Position numbers and translations under genes: made by a program. A stretch of 64,000 nt of DNA from Methylophilaceae bacterium. GTDB taxonomy: Bacteria > Pseudomonadota > Gammaproteobacteria > Burkholderiales > Methylophilaceae. Position 1 is the stretch's first letter. Each line of letters opens with the position of its first letter. The stretch is taken from NCBI GenBank assembly GCA_014378915.1, contig JACMMS010000011.1:4431-68430 (forward strand). The letters are read 5' to 3'. Positions 44,408 to 55,268 of this stretch are shown here, one piece after another. The notes beneath the pieces are model-generated. The model had not been told where the DNA came from. It ran no database searches and was given only the letters and a program-made list of their open reading frames with translations.

Positions 44408-46105
44408 TTAAAGAAATTTGATTTGCAATCGCACATGGGCATCGTAATCACTGATCATTTGCTCGATAACTACATGTCTTTTTTCACCATTGAGTTGCAG
44501 CAGATACTGCGCGCTAGGCTTATATTCACTTTTAGGAATAATCATCATGCTTAATTGACTTAATTCAGTATTAGCTGGCAAATATAAGCCTGAAAAACGT
44601 GATTCTTCATCATTACCCATGCTGGAAAAATCGACAAAGTAACCATCTACAACTTCTTTAACGCTGTTGTTTACTGAGCTTTGCCCTTGATTTTCTGTGC
44701 TTAACAAAGCTATATCAAGCAATGCAACCTGATGGCTTAGTACCTCAGCACCAATCCTGTAGCGACCAGTTTGTTGCTTTTTAATACTTTTAATTTCCGC
44801 TACTAATAATTGTTTAATATGGTCGGTGGATGAAAACCCGACCAAGTTTCCTGGCTCAAGGCTGTCATCAACATCACCATTTAAACTAGCACCTAAACCT
44901 TTTTTACTTTCATCAACTATTAGCCAAGCTTCAGTGTGAATTGGGGCTTTCACTACAGTAGCAGTAGTTCGAGTTGGCGCATGCATGGCCACACGCAACT
45001 CAAATGGTGTTAAATTAACAGTGCTGGATTTAGATTTTGCTGTTGAACTAGGTGCTAACTTTTCACAAATACCATTAAATCCGTTATGTACTTTCATCAA
45101 CCTACTTACATCGCTTCGGCTTTCAAGCCTGCGTTGGCGTATAAAACCTTGTGTTTTCCACTCAATCACTAATTGCTTAAAAAGCACCACTAGTGCACTA
45201 GTCCTAGCTACATCATTTAACTTAAATATCTGTAACGTTTTATTATTTGCCGCTTCAGTTAAAAAATTTTGAAAATTGACCACCAATACATTGGTTTTCC
45301 AATATCTACATTCTGAAGTGTTATTAATACCGCGAACACGATCAGCTCCCTTGTCACCATTTAAATTCACCAAAAATGCATGCTCACTTTTAATATATTC
45401 GGACTCTAATTTAGGTTTAACCACCCATCTTTTAAGCACTTGGCAAGTTAATTCAATTTGCTGACGGCTTAAAGTGGATTTAGTTAGTGTATCCAGCATA
45501 TAGCCATTGACAAGCAAAGTAGCAACACTGGTCATTTGCTTATCGTTATCATATAGCGGTATAGTTTTATCTAAGATTGACAATTTTTCAGCAACTTTGA
45601 CAAGTTCATGTAAATGCTTCCAAGTGCCAATAGGTGCTAATTGATCTTGAAAGTAACGCCATTTAGACATAGAGCACGCTACGTGAATACAACGTACAAA
45701 TACCAATACCAAATTATCTACGGTAATTCGAAGTTTTTGCTGAACAATCGTTTCAATGAGCACTTTATAAGCAAGATATAGCTGTCGCTGATAGCCATAT
45801 ACAACCTCCACCACCTGCGATTCAAGCAATTGATCATCACGATGCAGATGCATAAAGTTAGCTGTAATGACCTCGAATCTTGCTTGGTTACTCTGGTCTA
45901 TCAACAATAGAGTCGTCATCAGAGCCTCAACATCGGCTTGGCTGGTCTTAGTTACACAAATGGTTTGGGTTGGAATTTTACTGGCACTCAGCTTAAGTGC
46001 CTGGAGATTATCTAACCGCTCACAATCAGTGAGCCAAGCATGTTCCGTAGTAGTTTTTTGCTTGGCGATGGTAAATTGAAATTTTGTAATTAACTCAGAT
46101 AGCAT
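44408..46105 (-). CDS. Hypothetical protein with a C-terminal PilZ-like (putative c-di-GMP binding) signature
   Basis: Intact 565-aa ORF. RQRRLESR (aa 323-330, nt 45116-45139) and DESKKG (aa 398-403, nt 44897-44914) resemble the PilZ RxxxR and DxSxxG motifs, with an unusually long spacer. No recognisable N-terminal domain. Confidence 0.4.
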   Translation of the reverse strand: MLSELITKFQFTIAKQKTTTEHAWLTDCERLDNLQALKLSASKIPTQTICVTKTSQADVEALMTTLLLIDQSNQARFEVITANFMHLHRDDQLLESQVVEVVYGYQRQLYLAYKVLIETIVQQKLRITVDNLVLVFVRCIHVACSMSKWRYFQDQLAPIGTWKHLHELVKVAEKLSILDKTIPLYDNDKQMTSVATLLVNGYMLDTLTKSTLSRQQIELTCQVLKRWVVKPKLESEYIKSEHAFLVNLNGDKGADRVRGINNTSECRYWKTNVLVVNFQNFLTEAANNKTLQIFKLNDVARTSALVVLFKQLVIEWKTQGFIRQRRLESRSDVSRLMKVHNGFNGICEKLAPSSTAKSKSSTVNLTPFELRVAMHAPTRTTATVVKAPIHTEAWLIVDESKKGLGASLNGDVDDSLEPGNLVGFSSTDHIKQLLVAEIKSIKKQQTGRYRIGAEVLSHQVALLDIALLSTENQGQSSVNNSVKEVVDGYFVDFSSMGNDEESRFSGLYLPANTELSQLSMMIIPKSEYKPSAQYLLQLNGEKRHVVIEQMISDYDAHVRLQIKFL

Positions 46106-46312
46106 CGCGTTTAACCATCTTTCACTCTAGTAGATTTTTAATGCATTCATTGTTTGCCCAATTAGGCTTATTACTATTGCTTTTGAATGCTGTAGCTAAT
46201 GTTAACTTGCAAATTTTATGCCAGAGTAAATATTCAACAAAACCAATTCACTTCAATAAATATTAATAAATCCAAGCAGACAAAATAATCGCTTCCCTGC
46301 TAAAATTACAAT

Positions 46313-46939
46313 ATGTTTACAGGAATCATTCAAGCCGTTGGCCATATCATAGAAATCTCACCAAAAGGTGAAGATGTATCACTACAAATTAACTGCAGCC
46401 AGTTGGAAATGGAAGATGTGGTTATTGGTGACAGTATTGCAGTAAACGGTGTCTGTTTAACGGCTGTCAGGTTTGGCGGTAAAGATTTGAGTCAGCCTTA
46501 TTTTGTTGCCCATGTATCTAAAGAAACCTTGGATTGCACGGTTGGTTTAGACTCATTAAAACCTATCAATTTAGAAAAAGCATTGCGTTTAAATGATAGG
46601 CTTGGCGGTCATTTAGTGAGCGGTCATGTAGATGGTGTTGGACAAGTAGTTAAATTTGAAGCCGTCGGCGATTGCTGGCTACTTGCGATACGTGCACCTC
46701 ATGAGTTATCAAAATATATTGCAACCAAAGGCTCTGTCGCAGTAGATGGTGTAAGCTTAACTGTGAATACAGTTGATCACGACACATTTACGATGAATTT
46801 AATCCCACATACCATTGAAAATACAACGCTTCAGCATTTGGGCATAGGCAGCCGTGTAAACTTAGAAGTTGACCAAATTGCACGTTATGTAGAACGTATG
46901 GCGCAATGGGGCGCTGAAGCAGCTAATGAAAGCGCATAA
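46313..46939 (+). CDS. ribE: Riboflavin synthase
   Basis: MFTGIIQAVG start. Internal duplication with GDSIAVNGVCLT and GSVAVDGVSLT. Confidence 0.95.
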   Translation: MFTGIIQAVGHIIEISPKGEDVSLQINCSQLEMEDVVIGDSIAVNGVCLTAVRFGGKDLSQPYFVAHVSKETLDCTVGLDSLKPINLEKALRLNDRLGGHLVSGHVDGVGQVVKFEAVGDCWLLAIRAPHELSKYIATKGSVAVDGVSLTVNTVDHDTFTMNLIPHTIENTTLQHLGIGSRVNLEVDQIARYVERMAQWGAEAANESA

Positions 46940-46984
46940 ATAATAAAAAGATTTACAAATTAATGTCACATTTAAGAGCAATCT

Positions 46985-48082
46985 ATGATTAGCAGTACAA
47001 AGGATATTATTGAGGATATGCGCTTAGGGCGTATGGTCATTTTAATTGATGAAGAAGATCGCGAAAATGAGGGTGATTTAGTGCTAGCTGCGCAATTTAC
47101 AACCGCAGAACACATTAACTTTATGGCCAAGTATGGGCGTGGTTTAATCTGCTTAACGCTCACAGAACAGCGTTGTTGCCAACTCAATTTACCGCCAATG
47201 GTACAAAAAAATGGCACAAGTTACGGTACTAATTTCACCGTATCAATTGAGGCTGCAACGGGTGTGACAACGGGTATATCGGCCGCAGATCGCGCAACCA
47301 CTATATTAGCAGCGGTATCAAAGAATGCAGCACCCAAAGACATTGTGAGTCCTGGCCACATATTTCCGCTAAGCGCACAAGATGGTGGCGTGCTGGTACG
47401 TGCCGGACACACCGAAGCAGGTTGTGATCTTGCAAACCTTGCTGGCACAGAACCCGCAGCAGTTATTTGTGAAATTTTAAATGACGACGGTAATATGGCA
47501 CGTCTACCTGATTTAATTGAGTTTGGCAAAAAACACAACATTAAAATCGGCACCATTGCTGACTTAATTCACTATCGTAGTGCGCATGAAAAGCTGATAG
47601 AGCGTGCAGTAGAGCGAGCTATCACAACACCTTTTGGCCCCATGCAATTGATTGCATATGCTGATAAAATATCGAATGAAACGCATATTGCACTTATAAA
47701 AGGCAAGCCCAACGCAACACAAGAAGTGCTAGTAAGGGTGCATGAGCCATTAAGCGTGTTTGATTTGCTCGATAGCTCTAGTTGCACACACTCATGGAAT
47801 ACACTGAAAGCCATGCAAACCATCTGCGAGGCAGACTGCGGCGTGATGGTGTTACTACATCATAATGAAGATGGTGCAAAATTAGTTGAACGAATTAAAC
47901 ATGCCGATGAGTCGATTCGCAGTCAGCAAGAGCTGCGCAATTACGGTATTGGCTCGCAAATTTTGTTAGATTTAGGAGTGCGCAAAATGAAATTACTTGC
48001 CACACCGCGTAAAATGCCAAGTATGACGGGCTTTGGTTTAGAAGTGACTGGCTATGTTGAGGCGAGTTATGTACGCAACTAA
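46985..48082 (+). CDS. ribB: 3,4-dihydroxy-2-butanone 4-phosphate synthase with a degenerate GTP cyclohydrolase II-like C-terminal domain
   Basis: The DHBPS part is intact ([18 protein letters not shown]). The C-terminal domain has [21 protein letters not shown] where active GCH II has RVHSECLTGD..RCDCG. Confidence 0.85.
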   Translation: MISSTKDIIEDMRLGRMVILIDEEDRENEGDLVLAAQFTTAEHINFMAKYGRGLICLTLTEQRCCQLNLPPMVQKNGTSYGTNFTVSIEAATGVTTGISAADRATTILAAVSKNAAPKDIVSPGHIFPLSAQDGGVLVRAGHTEAGCDLANLAGTEPAAVICEILNDDGNMARLPDLIEFGKKHNIKIGTIADLIHYRSAHEKLIERAVERAITTPFGPMQLIAYADKISNETHIALIKGKPNATQEVLVRVHEPLSVFDLLDSSSCTHSWNTLKAMQTICEADCGVMVLLHHNEDGAKLVERIKHADESIRSQQELRNYGIGSQILLDLGVRKMKLLATPRKMPSMTGFGLEVTGYVEASYVRN

Positions 48083-48144
48083 ATACAAGCTTGCTCAGTA
48101 CCCATTAATCAGAAACGCAGCTTACTGAAAACCGAATACGCTCA

Positions 48145-48765
48145 ATGACATTGGAAAACGTTAATCTCACAGGCCATTTTCTCATCGCGATGCCCGCATT
48201 GGAAGATCCATTTTTTGCAAAATCTGTCATGTTCATTTGCGCGCACAATGAAGATGGTGCAATGGGCGTGGTCATTAATCGCCCCTCTGATTTCTCACTC
48301 AAAAACTTATTCAAACAAATAAATCTTAATGTTGAACATTCTGACAATGCCATCATTAATCAGCCTATACACGTTGGCGGCCCAGTACAACCCGAGCGCG
48401 GATTTGTGTTACATCAAGTCAATACAGAAACAGCTGATATTAATCAAGATGAAGTGAGTGATTGGGATTCGAGCATTGTTATCAACAACGATACCGCGCT
48501 CACAACCTCTAAAGACATATTAGAAGCAGTCGCAAATGGTACTGGTCCCAAAAAAGTCTTGCTGGCGCTTGGCTATGCAGGATGGAACCCTGGTCAATTA
48601 GAAGCTGAGCTAGCAAAAAATGCTTGGCTTTCTGTAAAAGCTGAAAGCGTACATGCACAAGCCAGCTTAATTTACGATGTGCCAAGTAATCAAAAAATGG
48701 ATGTTGCTTTAGGTTTGCTAGGTTTGGACTTTGCTAAATTGAGCGAATGGGTAGGCCATGCTTAA
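48145..48765 (+). CDS. algH: YqgE/AlgH family protein (UPF0301)
   Basis: LIAMPALEDPFF, GAMGVVINRP and GYAGWNPGQLE motifs. Confidence 0.9.
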   Translation: MTLENVNLTGHFLIAMPALEDPFFAKSVMFICAHNEDGAMGVVINRPSDFSLKNLFKQINLNVEHSDNAIINQPIHVGGPVQPERGFVLHQVNTETADINQDEVSDWDSSIVINNDTALTTSKDILEAVANGTGPKKVLLALGYAGWNPGQLEAELAKNAWLSVKAESVHAQASLIYDVPSNQKMDVALGLLGLDFAKLSEWVGHA

Positions 48766-48774
48766 GGCACTCGC

Positions 48775-49245
48775 TTGACAACACTTATGCAAACGCATTT
48801 GCGTATCCAAGACAGAACTTACCCTGCCTTAGAAGGCACAGTGCTCGCCTTTGATTTTGGCGAGAAACGTATCGGTGTAGCCATGGGTGAATCAATACTA
48901 AAAATCGCACACCCATTATTTACTATAGACTCAGAAATTAATGATATACGCTTTGGGCAAATTCTAGCGCTTATCCAAGAGTGGCGCCCTGCATTGCTGG
49001 TAGTAGGGTTACCCCTGAGTGTAGATGGCGAAGAACATGCATTGACTAAGCTTAGCAAGCGTTTTGCACAACGTTTAGAAGGCCGATTTAGCCTGCCAGT
49101 TGTTCTGATTGATGAGCGGTTTAGCTCAGCAGAAGCCAGTCAAAACCTAAATCAATCTGGCGTATATGGCAGACAACAAAAAGTGATGATAGATCAAGTA
49201 GCGGCACAAACTATATTACAATCATATTTTGACCAAATGCATTAA
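48775..49245 (+). CDS. ruvX: Holliday junction resolvase-like pre-16S rRNA nuclease RuvX (YqgF)
   Basis: AFDFGEKRIGVA and DERFSS motifs. Start TTG at 48775 or ATG at 48787. Confidence 0.9.
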   Translation: MTTLMQTHLRIQDRTYPALEGTVLAFDFGEKRIGVAMGESILKIAHPLFTIDSEINDIRFGQILALIQEWRPALLVVGLPLSVDGEEHALTKLSKRFAQRLEGRFSLPVVLIDERFSSAEASQNLNQSGVYGRQQKVMIDQVAAQTILQSYFDQMH

Positions 49246-49265
49246 TTGTTAAACAAAAAAACACC

Positions 49266-49829
49266 ATGAATTTAACAACAATCTCATTACCAGACCCAGA
49301 ACAATTACTTACCCAACTAGCAGAACAATTAGTGCCCGTCATTACAACGAACACCGCTTTAGTTGGTATTCATAGCGGCGGTGTTTGGATAATGGAACGA
49401 CTGTTACCCTTGCTTTCTAAGCAGCATACAATTGAATATGGCTTACTTGATATTGCATTTTATCGTGATGATTTTGCCCACCGCGGCTTACGTGCCGAAA
49501 ACAAACCATCACAAATTACCTTCGATGTAGAAGATAAAGATATAATTTTGATAGATGATATTTTTTATACGGGCCGCACGACCCGTGCAGCGATGAACGA
49601 GCTATTTGATTATGGCCGCCCATCTAGCATATCCCTTGCTGTATTAATCAATCGTGGGGGGCGTGAACTCCCTATTGCGCCACAATTTATTGGTGCTGAA
49701 ATACCGCTACAGGCACATCAAAATTTACAATTATCGCGTGATGAACAGGGTAGTTTTTCACTAGCGCTTGAAGAAAATCTCGAAGAAAAAAACGGGAAAA
49801 AACTAAATGTACAATCCTCAGCTCACTAG
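49266..49829 (+). CDS. pyrR: PyrR (pyrimidine operon regulator / uracil phosphoribosyltransferase family)
   Basis: PRPP-binding loop [13 protein letters not shown]. Position upstream of pyrB. Confidence 0.88.
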   Translation: MNLTTISLPDPEQLLTQLAEQLVPVITTNTALVGIHSGGVWIMERLLPLLSKQHTIEYGLLDIAFYRDDFAHRGLRAENKPSQITFDVEDKDIILIDDIFYTGRTTRAAMNELFDYGRPSSISLAVLINRGGRELPIAPQFIGAEIPLQAHQNLQLSRDEQGSFSLALEENLEEKNGKKLNVQSSAH

Positions 49830-50784
49830 CGACGGACAACTGCGACACTTGCTATCTGTAGAAGGTTTACCTAAAAAAATCCTCTCGCAGATTTTAGATA
49901 CAGCTGAATCATTTGTTGGCGTAGCAGAGCGTGAAGTAAAAAAAGTACCGCTACTGCGCGGAAAAACTGTCTGCAATATCTTCTTTGAAAACAGCACACG
50001 CACACGTACCACCTTTGAAATTGCGGCAAAACGTCTCTCTGCCGATGTACTCAATTTAAATGTCAACACCTCATCGCAAGCCAAAGGCGAAACTATTTTA
50101 GACACGGTTGACAATCTAATTGCCATGCATGCCGATATATTTGTCGTGCGCCACAAACAAAGTGGTGCAGCGCATTTAATCGCACAACATGTTGCACCGC
50201 ATATCCATGTGATCAATGCAGGGGATGGCCGTCATGCGCATCCTACGCAAGGCTTATTAGACGTATTCACCATTCGTCGCTATAAGCCTGAAATGCACAA
50301 TCTCCGTGTAGCTATTGTGGGAGATGTTCTACACTCACGTGTTGCAAGGTCTGAAATCCATGCGCTCACTACGTTAGGCGTGCCAGAAGTGCGTGTGATT
50401 GCCCCTAAAACTTTATTGCCTGAGCATGTTGAAAAACTTGGCGTACAAGTTTTTCATAACATGAAAGCTGGACTAAAAGATGTTGATGTCGTCATGATGT
50501 TACGCTTGCAAAATGAACGTATGAACGGCGCTATGCTGCCGAGTGCACAAGAGTATTTTAAAACTTACGGTTTAACGCAAGAAAAGCTAGACTATGCGAA
50601 ACCCGATGCCATTGTTATGCACCCAGGACCAATGAATCGCGGTGTTGAGATTGATAGTGCGGTTGCAGATGGCAATCAGTCCGTCATCCTTCCGCAAGTG
50701 ACTTACGGCATTGCAGTGCGTATGGCGGTGATGGCGATTCTAGCTGGTAATTCTGCTAGTAGCATAGCAGGGAACGGATCATGA
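49807..50784 (+). CDS. pyrB: Aspartate carbamoyltransferase catalytic chain
   Basis: ENSTRTR, HPTQ and HPGP motifs. Overlaps pyrR by 23 nt. Confidence 0.95.
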   Translation: MYNPQLTSDGQLRHLLSVEGLPKKILSQILDTAESFVGVAEREVKKVPLLRGKTVCNIFFENSTRTRTTFEIAAKRLSADVLNLNVNTSSQAKGETILDTVDNLIAMHADIFVVRHKQSGAAHLIAQHVAPHIHVINAGDGRHAHPTQGLLDVFTIRRYKPEMHNLRVAIVGDVLHSRVARSEIHALTTLGVPEVRVIAPKTLLPEHVEKLGVQVFHNMKAGLKDVDVVMMLRLQNERMNGAMLPSAQEYFKTYGLTQEKLDYAKPDAIVMHPGPMNRGVEIDSAVADGNQSVILPQVTYGIAVRMAVMAILAGNSASSIAGNGS

Positions 50785-52070
50785 AAATCCATATCAAAAA
50801 TGGTCATGTAATCGACCCAAAAAATAAAACTGATAGCCTGCAAGATGTCTTCATTGCCGCTGGAAAAATAGTTGGAATTGGCAAAGCGCCAAATGAATTT
50901 GCTGCCAACCAAACGATTGATGCAGATGGTTCAATTATATGTCCGGGCTTGGTCGATTTATCTGCACGCTTACGCGAACCAGGTTTTGAGTATAAAGCCA
51001 CGCTAATAAGCGAAATGCAGGCCGCCGCCGCAGGTGGCGTCACTAGCCTAGCTTGCCCGCCTGATACCGACCCAGTCTTAGATGAGCCTGGTCTCGTAGA
51101 AATGCTAAAACATCGTGCCAAACAACTTAACTTAGCGCACGTTTATCCGCTAGGTGCGCTTACTCGACAATTAAAAGGTATGCAAATCACTGAAATGTGC
51201 GAGCTGGCTGAAGCTGGTTGCGTAGGGTTTAGCCAAGCCGACTCTGCAATTACTGACACACAAGTACTGTGGCGCGCCATGCAATATGCCGCTACATTCG
51301 GTTTTACCATTTGGCTCCGCCCCGAAGACCATTACTTAGCCCAAAATGGCGTTGCACATGATGGCGAAATCGCCGCAAGATTAGGTCTAAAAGGTATCCC
51401 ATCGGCGGCTGAAGCGTTAGCTGTCGCTAGCATTTTACGTATCGCACAAGAAACTTCGGCAAAAGTACATTTATGCCGATTATCCACTGCTGAAGCCGTT
51501 GAGATGGTACGCATGGCAAAAAAACATGGTATTAAAGTCAGTTGTGATGTATCGGCGAATCATCTACATTTAACCGAACATGATATTGGCTTCTTCAACG
51601 CAAACTGCAATATAAAACCACCAGTACGTACTCAGCGCGATTGTGCCGCGCTAAGCCAGGGCTTAAATGACGGCACAATTAACGCCATTTGTTCAGATCA
51701 TACCCCTGTAGATGATGATGCAAAGTTACTTCCTTTTGCCGAGGCTGAACCAGGTGCTACAGGTCTGGAATTATTATTACCGCTCACTTTAAAATGGGCA
51801 GCACTACATAAAATACCGCTCATAAATGCAATCAACTGCATCACACAAGCTCCAGCGCAAGTACTGGGTATTGATGCGGGGGATTTATCAATAAATAGCA
51901 ATGCCGACGTGTGTATTTTTGACCCAAATCAATACTGGAAAATTGAAGCTAAAGCCCTCAAAAGCCAAGGTAAAAACACACCTTTTTTGGGTTTAGAACT
52001 CGCTGGAAAAGTACGTTACACCATACTTAATGGGCAACTGATTTACCAAAATCAATCATATAGTGCATGA
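50781..52070 (+). CDS. pyrC': Dihydroorotase-like protein PyrC' (predicted non-catalytic ATCase partner)
   Basis: 429-aa amidohydrolase fold. The metal-binding D-x-H-x-H site reads DLSAR (nt 50955-50969). ATGA overlap with pyrB. Confidence 0.8.
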   Translation: MKIHIKNGHVIDPKNKTDSLQDVFIAAGKIVGIGKAPNEFAANQTIDADGSIICPGLVDLSARLREPGFEYKATLISEMQAAAAGGVTSLACPPDTDPVLDEPGLVEMLKHRAKQLNLAHVYPLGALTRQLKGMQITEMCELAEAGCVGFSQADSAITDTQVLWRAMQYAATFGFTIWLRPEDHYLAQNGVAHDGEIAARLGLKGIPSAAEALAVASILRIAQETSAKVHLCRLSTAEAVEMVRMAKKHGIKVSCDVSANHLHLTEHDIGFFNANCNIKPPVRTQRDCAALSQGLNDGTINAICSDHTPVDDDAKLLPFAEAEPGATGLELLLPLTLKWAALHKIPLINAINCITQAPAQVLGIDAGDLSINSNADVCIFDPNQYWKIEAKALKSQGKNTPFLGLELAGKVRYTILNGQLIYQNQSYSA

Positions 52071-52080
52071 GTTCGCCTTG

Positions 52081-52108
52081 AAAAAAGCCGACTATCTGAC
52101 GGCTTTTT
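52081..52108. terminator. Bidirectional rho-independent terminator between convergent pyrC' and pilU
   Basis: AAAAAAGCCG-ACTATCTGA-CGGCTTTTT. Confidence 0.75.
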
Positions 52109-52142
52109 GTCAAGTAACAGTGAGTCACAAGATTTTTTTAAG

Positions 52143-53279
52143 CTAAACAATGCCCAAATTCTCTAGACCACTGGATAAATTTTTACCATGTGCTGCTTTG
52201 CTTTCAAGCTTAATTTTTAGCCGCACTTCGTTGACAGAATCAGCATTTCGTAAGGCATCTTCATAGCTAATTGCACCAGCCTCATGTAAATCAAACAGAG
52301 ATTGGTCAAAAGTTTGCATGCCTAATTCGCGTGAGCGACCTATGACATCTTTAATTTCATGCACCTCACCTTTCAATATTAAATCAGCAATTAATGGTGA
52401 GTTAATAAGAATCTCAATCGCTGCAGCTCTTCCAGCCCCGTCTTTTTTTGGAATTAAACGTTGTGAAATAAAAGCGCGTACATTAAGTGACAAATCCATT
52501 AAAAGCTGCTGACGGCGTTCTTCTGGGAAAAAGTTAATAATACGATCAATGGCCTGATTGGTATTATTTGCATGTAAAGTTGCCAAACATAAATGGCCAG
52601 TTTCAGCAAAGGCAACTGCGTAGTCCATCGTTTCGCGGTCACGAATTTCACCAATTAAAATCACATCCGGTGCTTGGCGTAAACTATTTTTGAGGGCTAT
52701 TGACCAACTATCAGTATCTACACCAATTTCGCGCTGTGTGATCACACAGTTTTTATGCTCATGCACAAACTCTATTGGGTCTTCAATCGTAATAATATGA
52801 CCAAAACTATTTTGGTTACGGTAGCCCGTCATTGCAGCCAATGTGGTAGATTTACCTGAGCCTGTTCCACCCACTAAAATTACTAAACCGCGCTTTGTCA
52901 TCACAATATCTTTTAAAACATCGGGTAAGCCCAGCTCTTCTATTTCAGGGATTTTAGAAGCAATGGTTCTAAACACCAAGCCTACTGAACCCCGTTGTAC
53001 AAAAGCATTTACCCTGAAGCGCGCAACACCTGGCAAACCAATGGCAAAATTACATTCATTGCTAGCCTCAAATTCACTGACTTGTTTATCATTCATAATA
53101 GAACGAGCCACTTCACGCGACTGTTGTGAGCTAAGTACTTGGTTACTCACTGGCGTCATTTTGCCATCTATTTTCATTGCAGGTGGGAAACCAGTTGTTA
53201 TAAACATATCTGACGCATTTTTTGCCAACATTAAACGCAATAAATCAAATACAAACTTCTCTGCCTGACCTTGTTCCAT
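52143..53279 (-). CDS. pilU: Type IV pilus retraction ATPase PilU
   Basis: 378 aa. GGTGSGKST, the PilT-family Asp and His boxes, and position downstream of pilT. Confidence 0.88.
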   Translation of the reverse strand: MEQGQAEKFVFDLLRLMLAKNASDMFITTGFPPAMKIDGKMTPVSNQVLSSQQSREVARSIMNDKQVSEFEASNECNFAIGLPGVARFRVNAFVQRGSVGLVFRTIASKIPEIEELGLPDVLKDIVMTKRGLVILVGGTGSGKSTTLAAMTGYRNQNSFGHIITIEDPIEFVHEHKNCVITQREIGVDTDSWSIALKNSLRQAPDVILIGEIRDRETMDYAVAFAETGHLCLATLHANNTNQAIDRIINFFPEERRQQLLMDLSLNVRAFISQRLIPKKDGAGRAAAIEILINSPLIADLILKGEVHEIKDVIGRSRELGMQTFDQSLFDLHEAGAISYEDALRNADSVNEVRLKIKLESKAAHGKNLSSGLENLGIV

Positions 53280-53347
53280 TATTTAAACCTTATTTATTTA
53301 AATCTTTTTTTATTGATGAACTCATTGATTTTTTATCTTAAACCGGC

Positions 53348-54391
53348 TCAACCAATAATTGAGTCTTTGTTGGTGGCTTTTGAACGAGCCTCAGTAGCAG
53401 AAATCACATTTTTACGCACTAGATCTTGTAGATTTTGGTCTAGTGTTTGCATGCCAATATTTTGTCCAGTCTGGATAGTAGAATACATTTGTGCGACTTT
53501 ATTTTCACGAATTAAGTTTCTTATCGCAGGTGTACCAATCATGATTTCATGCGCGGCAACACGTCCCAGCTCATCTTTGGTTTTACATAAAGTTTGCGAA
53601 ATTACCGCACGTAATGACTCAGATAACATCGAACGTACCATTTCTTTTTCTGCAGCCGGAAATACATCCACAATACGATCAACCGTTTTAGCAGCGGAAC
53701 TCGTATGTAAAGTACCAAATACCAAATGGCCTGTTTCAGCAGCACTTAATGCTAAACGTATCGTTTCTAAATCGCGCATTTCACCGACTAAAATCACGTC
53801 AGGGTCTTCTCGTAACGCTGAACGTAACGCATTTTGGAAAGATAGTGTATGCGGCCCAACTTCACGCTGGTTAATTAAACATTTTTTGCTGGTATGTACA
53901 AATTCAATTGGATCTTCAACCGTTAATATATGGCCAAACTCATTTTCGTTCACGTAATCAACCATTGCCGCCAAAGTGGTTGATTTACCAGAACCTGTTG
54001 GTCCTGTTACCAATACAATGCCACGCGGCGTATTCGCAATCTCTTTAAAAATCGGCGGGCACTTTAAATCTTCAAGCGATAAAATTTTAGATGGAATCGT
54101 CCGAAATACACCACCTGCGCCACGATTGTGATTAAACGCATTGACGCGAAAACGAGCTAAATTTGGAATTTCAAATGAAAAATCGCACTCTAGCGTTTCT
54201 TCGTACACTTTTCGCTGTGTGTCATTCATGATGTCATAAATCATGTCATGCACTTGGCTGTGATCCATCGCAGGCAAATTGATTTTACGAATATCACCAT
54301 GCACACGTATCATTGGCGGCAATCCTGCCGACAGATGCAGGTCTGAGGCTTTATTTTTAACCGAAAATGCGAGTAAATCTGAAATGTCCAA
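53348..54391 (-). CDS. pilT: Type IV pilus twitching-motility ATPase PilT
   Basis: 347 aa. ASDLHLSAG, GPTGSGKSTT, TLHT and AIRNLIRE. Confidence 0.95.
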   Translation of the reverse strand: MDISDLLAFSVKNKASDLHLSAGLPPMIRVHGDIRKINLPAMDHSQVHDMIYDIMNDTQRKVYEETLECDFSFEIPNLARFRVNAFNHNRGAGGVFRTIPSKILSLEDLKCPPIFKEIANTPRGIVLVTGPTGSGKSTTLAAMVDYVNENEFGHILTVEDPIEFVHTSKKCLINQREVGPHTLSFQNALRSALREDPDVILVGEMRDLETIRLALSAAETGHLVFGTLHTSSAAKTVDRIVDVFPAAEKEMVRSMLSESLRAVISQTLCKTKDELGRVAAHEIMIGTPAIRNLIRENKVAQMYSTIQTGQNIGMQTLDQNLQDLVRKNVISATEARSKATNKDSIIG

Positions 54392-54517
54392 AGCGAGGCC
54401 CCTTATTGTTAAATTGTGTAGCTATAATGTAGCTAAAATATCGCTATCGAATTAGATTTTATATACTTTCTATTTTACGGCTTTAAAACAATACTATTTA
54501 AGCGTTAACTTTGAATT

Positions 54518-55207
54518 ATGAACATAAATGCACCAATTGCACAGCGCTTGCAAGAAATAAGCCTCAATATCGTCCGTGCATTGAAAACTGCACAGCGCGA
54601 TGATCAAATTTTGCTAGTAGCGGTTAGCAAAACGCAAACACCCAAGGCTATTCGAGAAGCATTTTCAGCAGGTCAAACAGTATTTGGCGAAAATTACCTA
54701 CAAGAAGCGCTTAGTAAACAACAAGAGTTAACAGATTTAAAATTAGACTGGCATTTTATAGGGCCGATCCAAAGTAATAAAACTTCTGCAATTGCCGAAA
54801 ACTTCAGCTGGGTACACGGCGTAGATAGATTCAAAATTGCACAACGTTTAAGTACTGGACGGCCTGATCATTTACCAACCCTTAATATCTGCATACAAAT
54901 CAATGTGAGCGATGAAGCCAGTAAAAGTGGCGTTCGCCTTCAAGATGCTTTGGCTTTAGCCATTGAAATAAAGCAATTACCTCATTTAAAACTACGTGGA
55001 TTAATGACTATTCCCGCACCTGTAACGGACAAAATGATACAACATACGCAATTTAAAGCATTAAAAGATTGCTATGTGAATTTAAATAACCATGGCTTGA
55101 TGCTTGATACATTATCAATGGGAATGTCAGATGACTATCTAATTGCGATTGCCGAGGGCGCGACCATAGTAAGAGTTGGCTCTGCTATTTTTGGTGCGAG
55201 AAACTAA
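54518..55207 (+). CDS. yggS: PLP homeostasis protein YggS
   Basis: LVAVSKTQ (PLP Lys), HFIGPIQSNK and SMGMSDD motifs. Confidence 0.92.
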   Translation: MNINAPIAQRLQEISLNIVRALKTAQRDDQILLVAVSKTQTPKAIREAFSAGQTVFGENYLQEALSKQQELTDLKLDWHFIGPIQSNKTSAIAENFSWVHGVDRFKIAQRLSTGRPDHLPTLNICIQINVSDEASKSGVRLQDALALAIEIKQLPHLKLRGLMTIPAPVTDKMIQHTQFKALKDCYVNLNNHGLMLDTLSMGMSDDYLIAIAEGATIVRVGSAIFGARN

Positions 55208-55268
55208 GAGGCTATAAAATATGAATACGTTAGTCATTGGGAATTCAATTAGTTTTTAATCAAGAAAG

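Noticed and set aside
46106-46312. Gene-strand polarity switch (almost all genes minus-strand to the left, mostly plus-strand to the right) as a possible replication origin
   Set aside because: I could see no cluster of DnaA boxes (TTATCCACA-like) or AT-rich 13-mer array in the 207-bp gap. pilU, pilT, rng and maf to the right are minus-strand. This needs a genome-wide GC-skew plot and is not supportable from the window.
46106-46984. Expected FMN riboswitch upstream of ribE or ribBA
   Set aside because: Neither leader shows the conserved FMN-element core sequences. The ribE-ribBA spacer is only 45 nt.
53271-53957. 228-aa plus-strand ORF spanning the pilU-pilT junction
   Set aside because: It is antisense to the highly conserved pilT coding sequence. 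Its composition is the mirror of pilT codons, it has no recognisable motif or RBS, and it is best explained as a shadow ORF.
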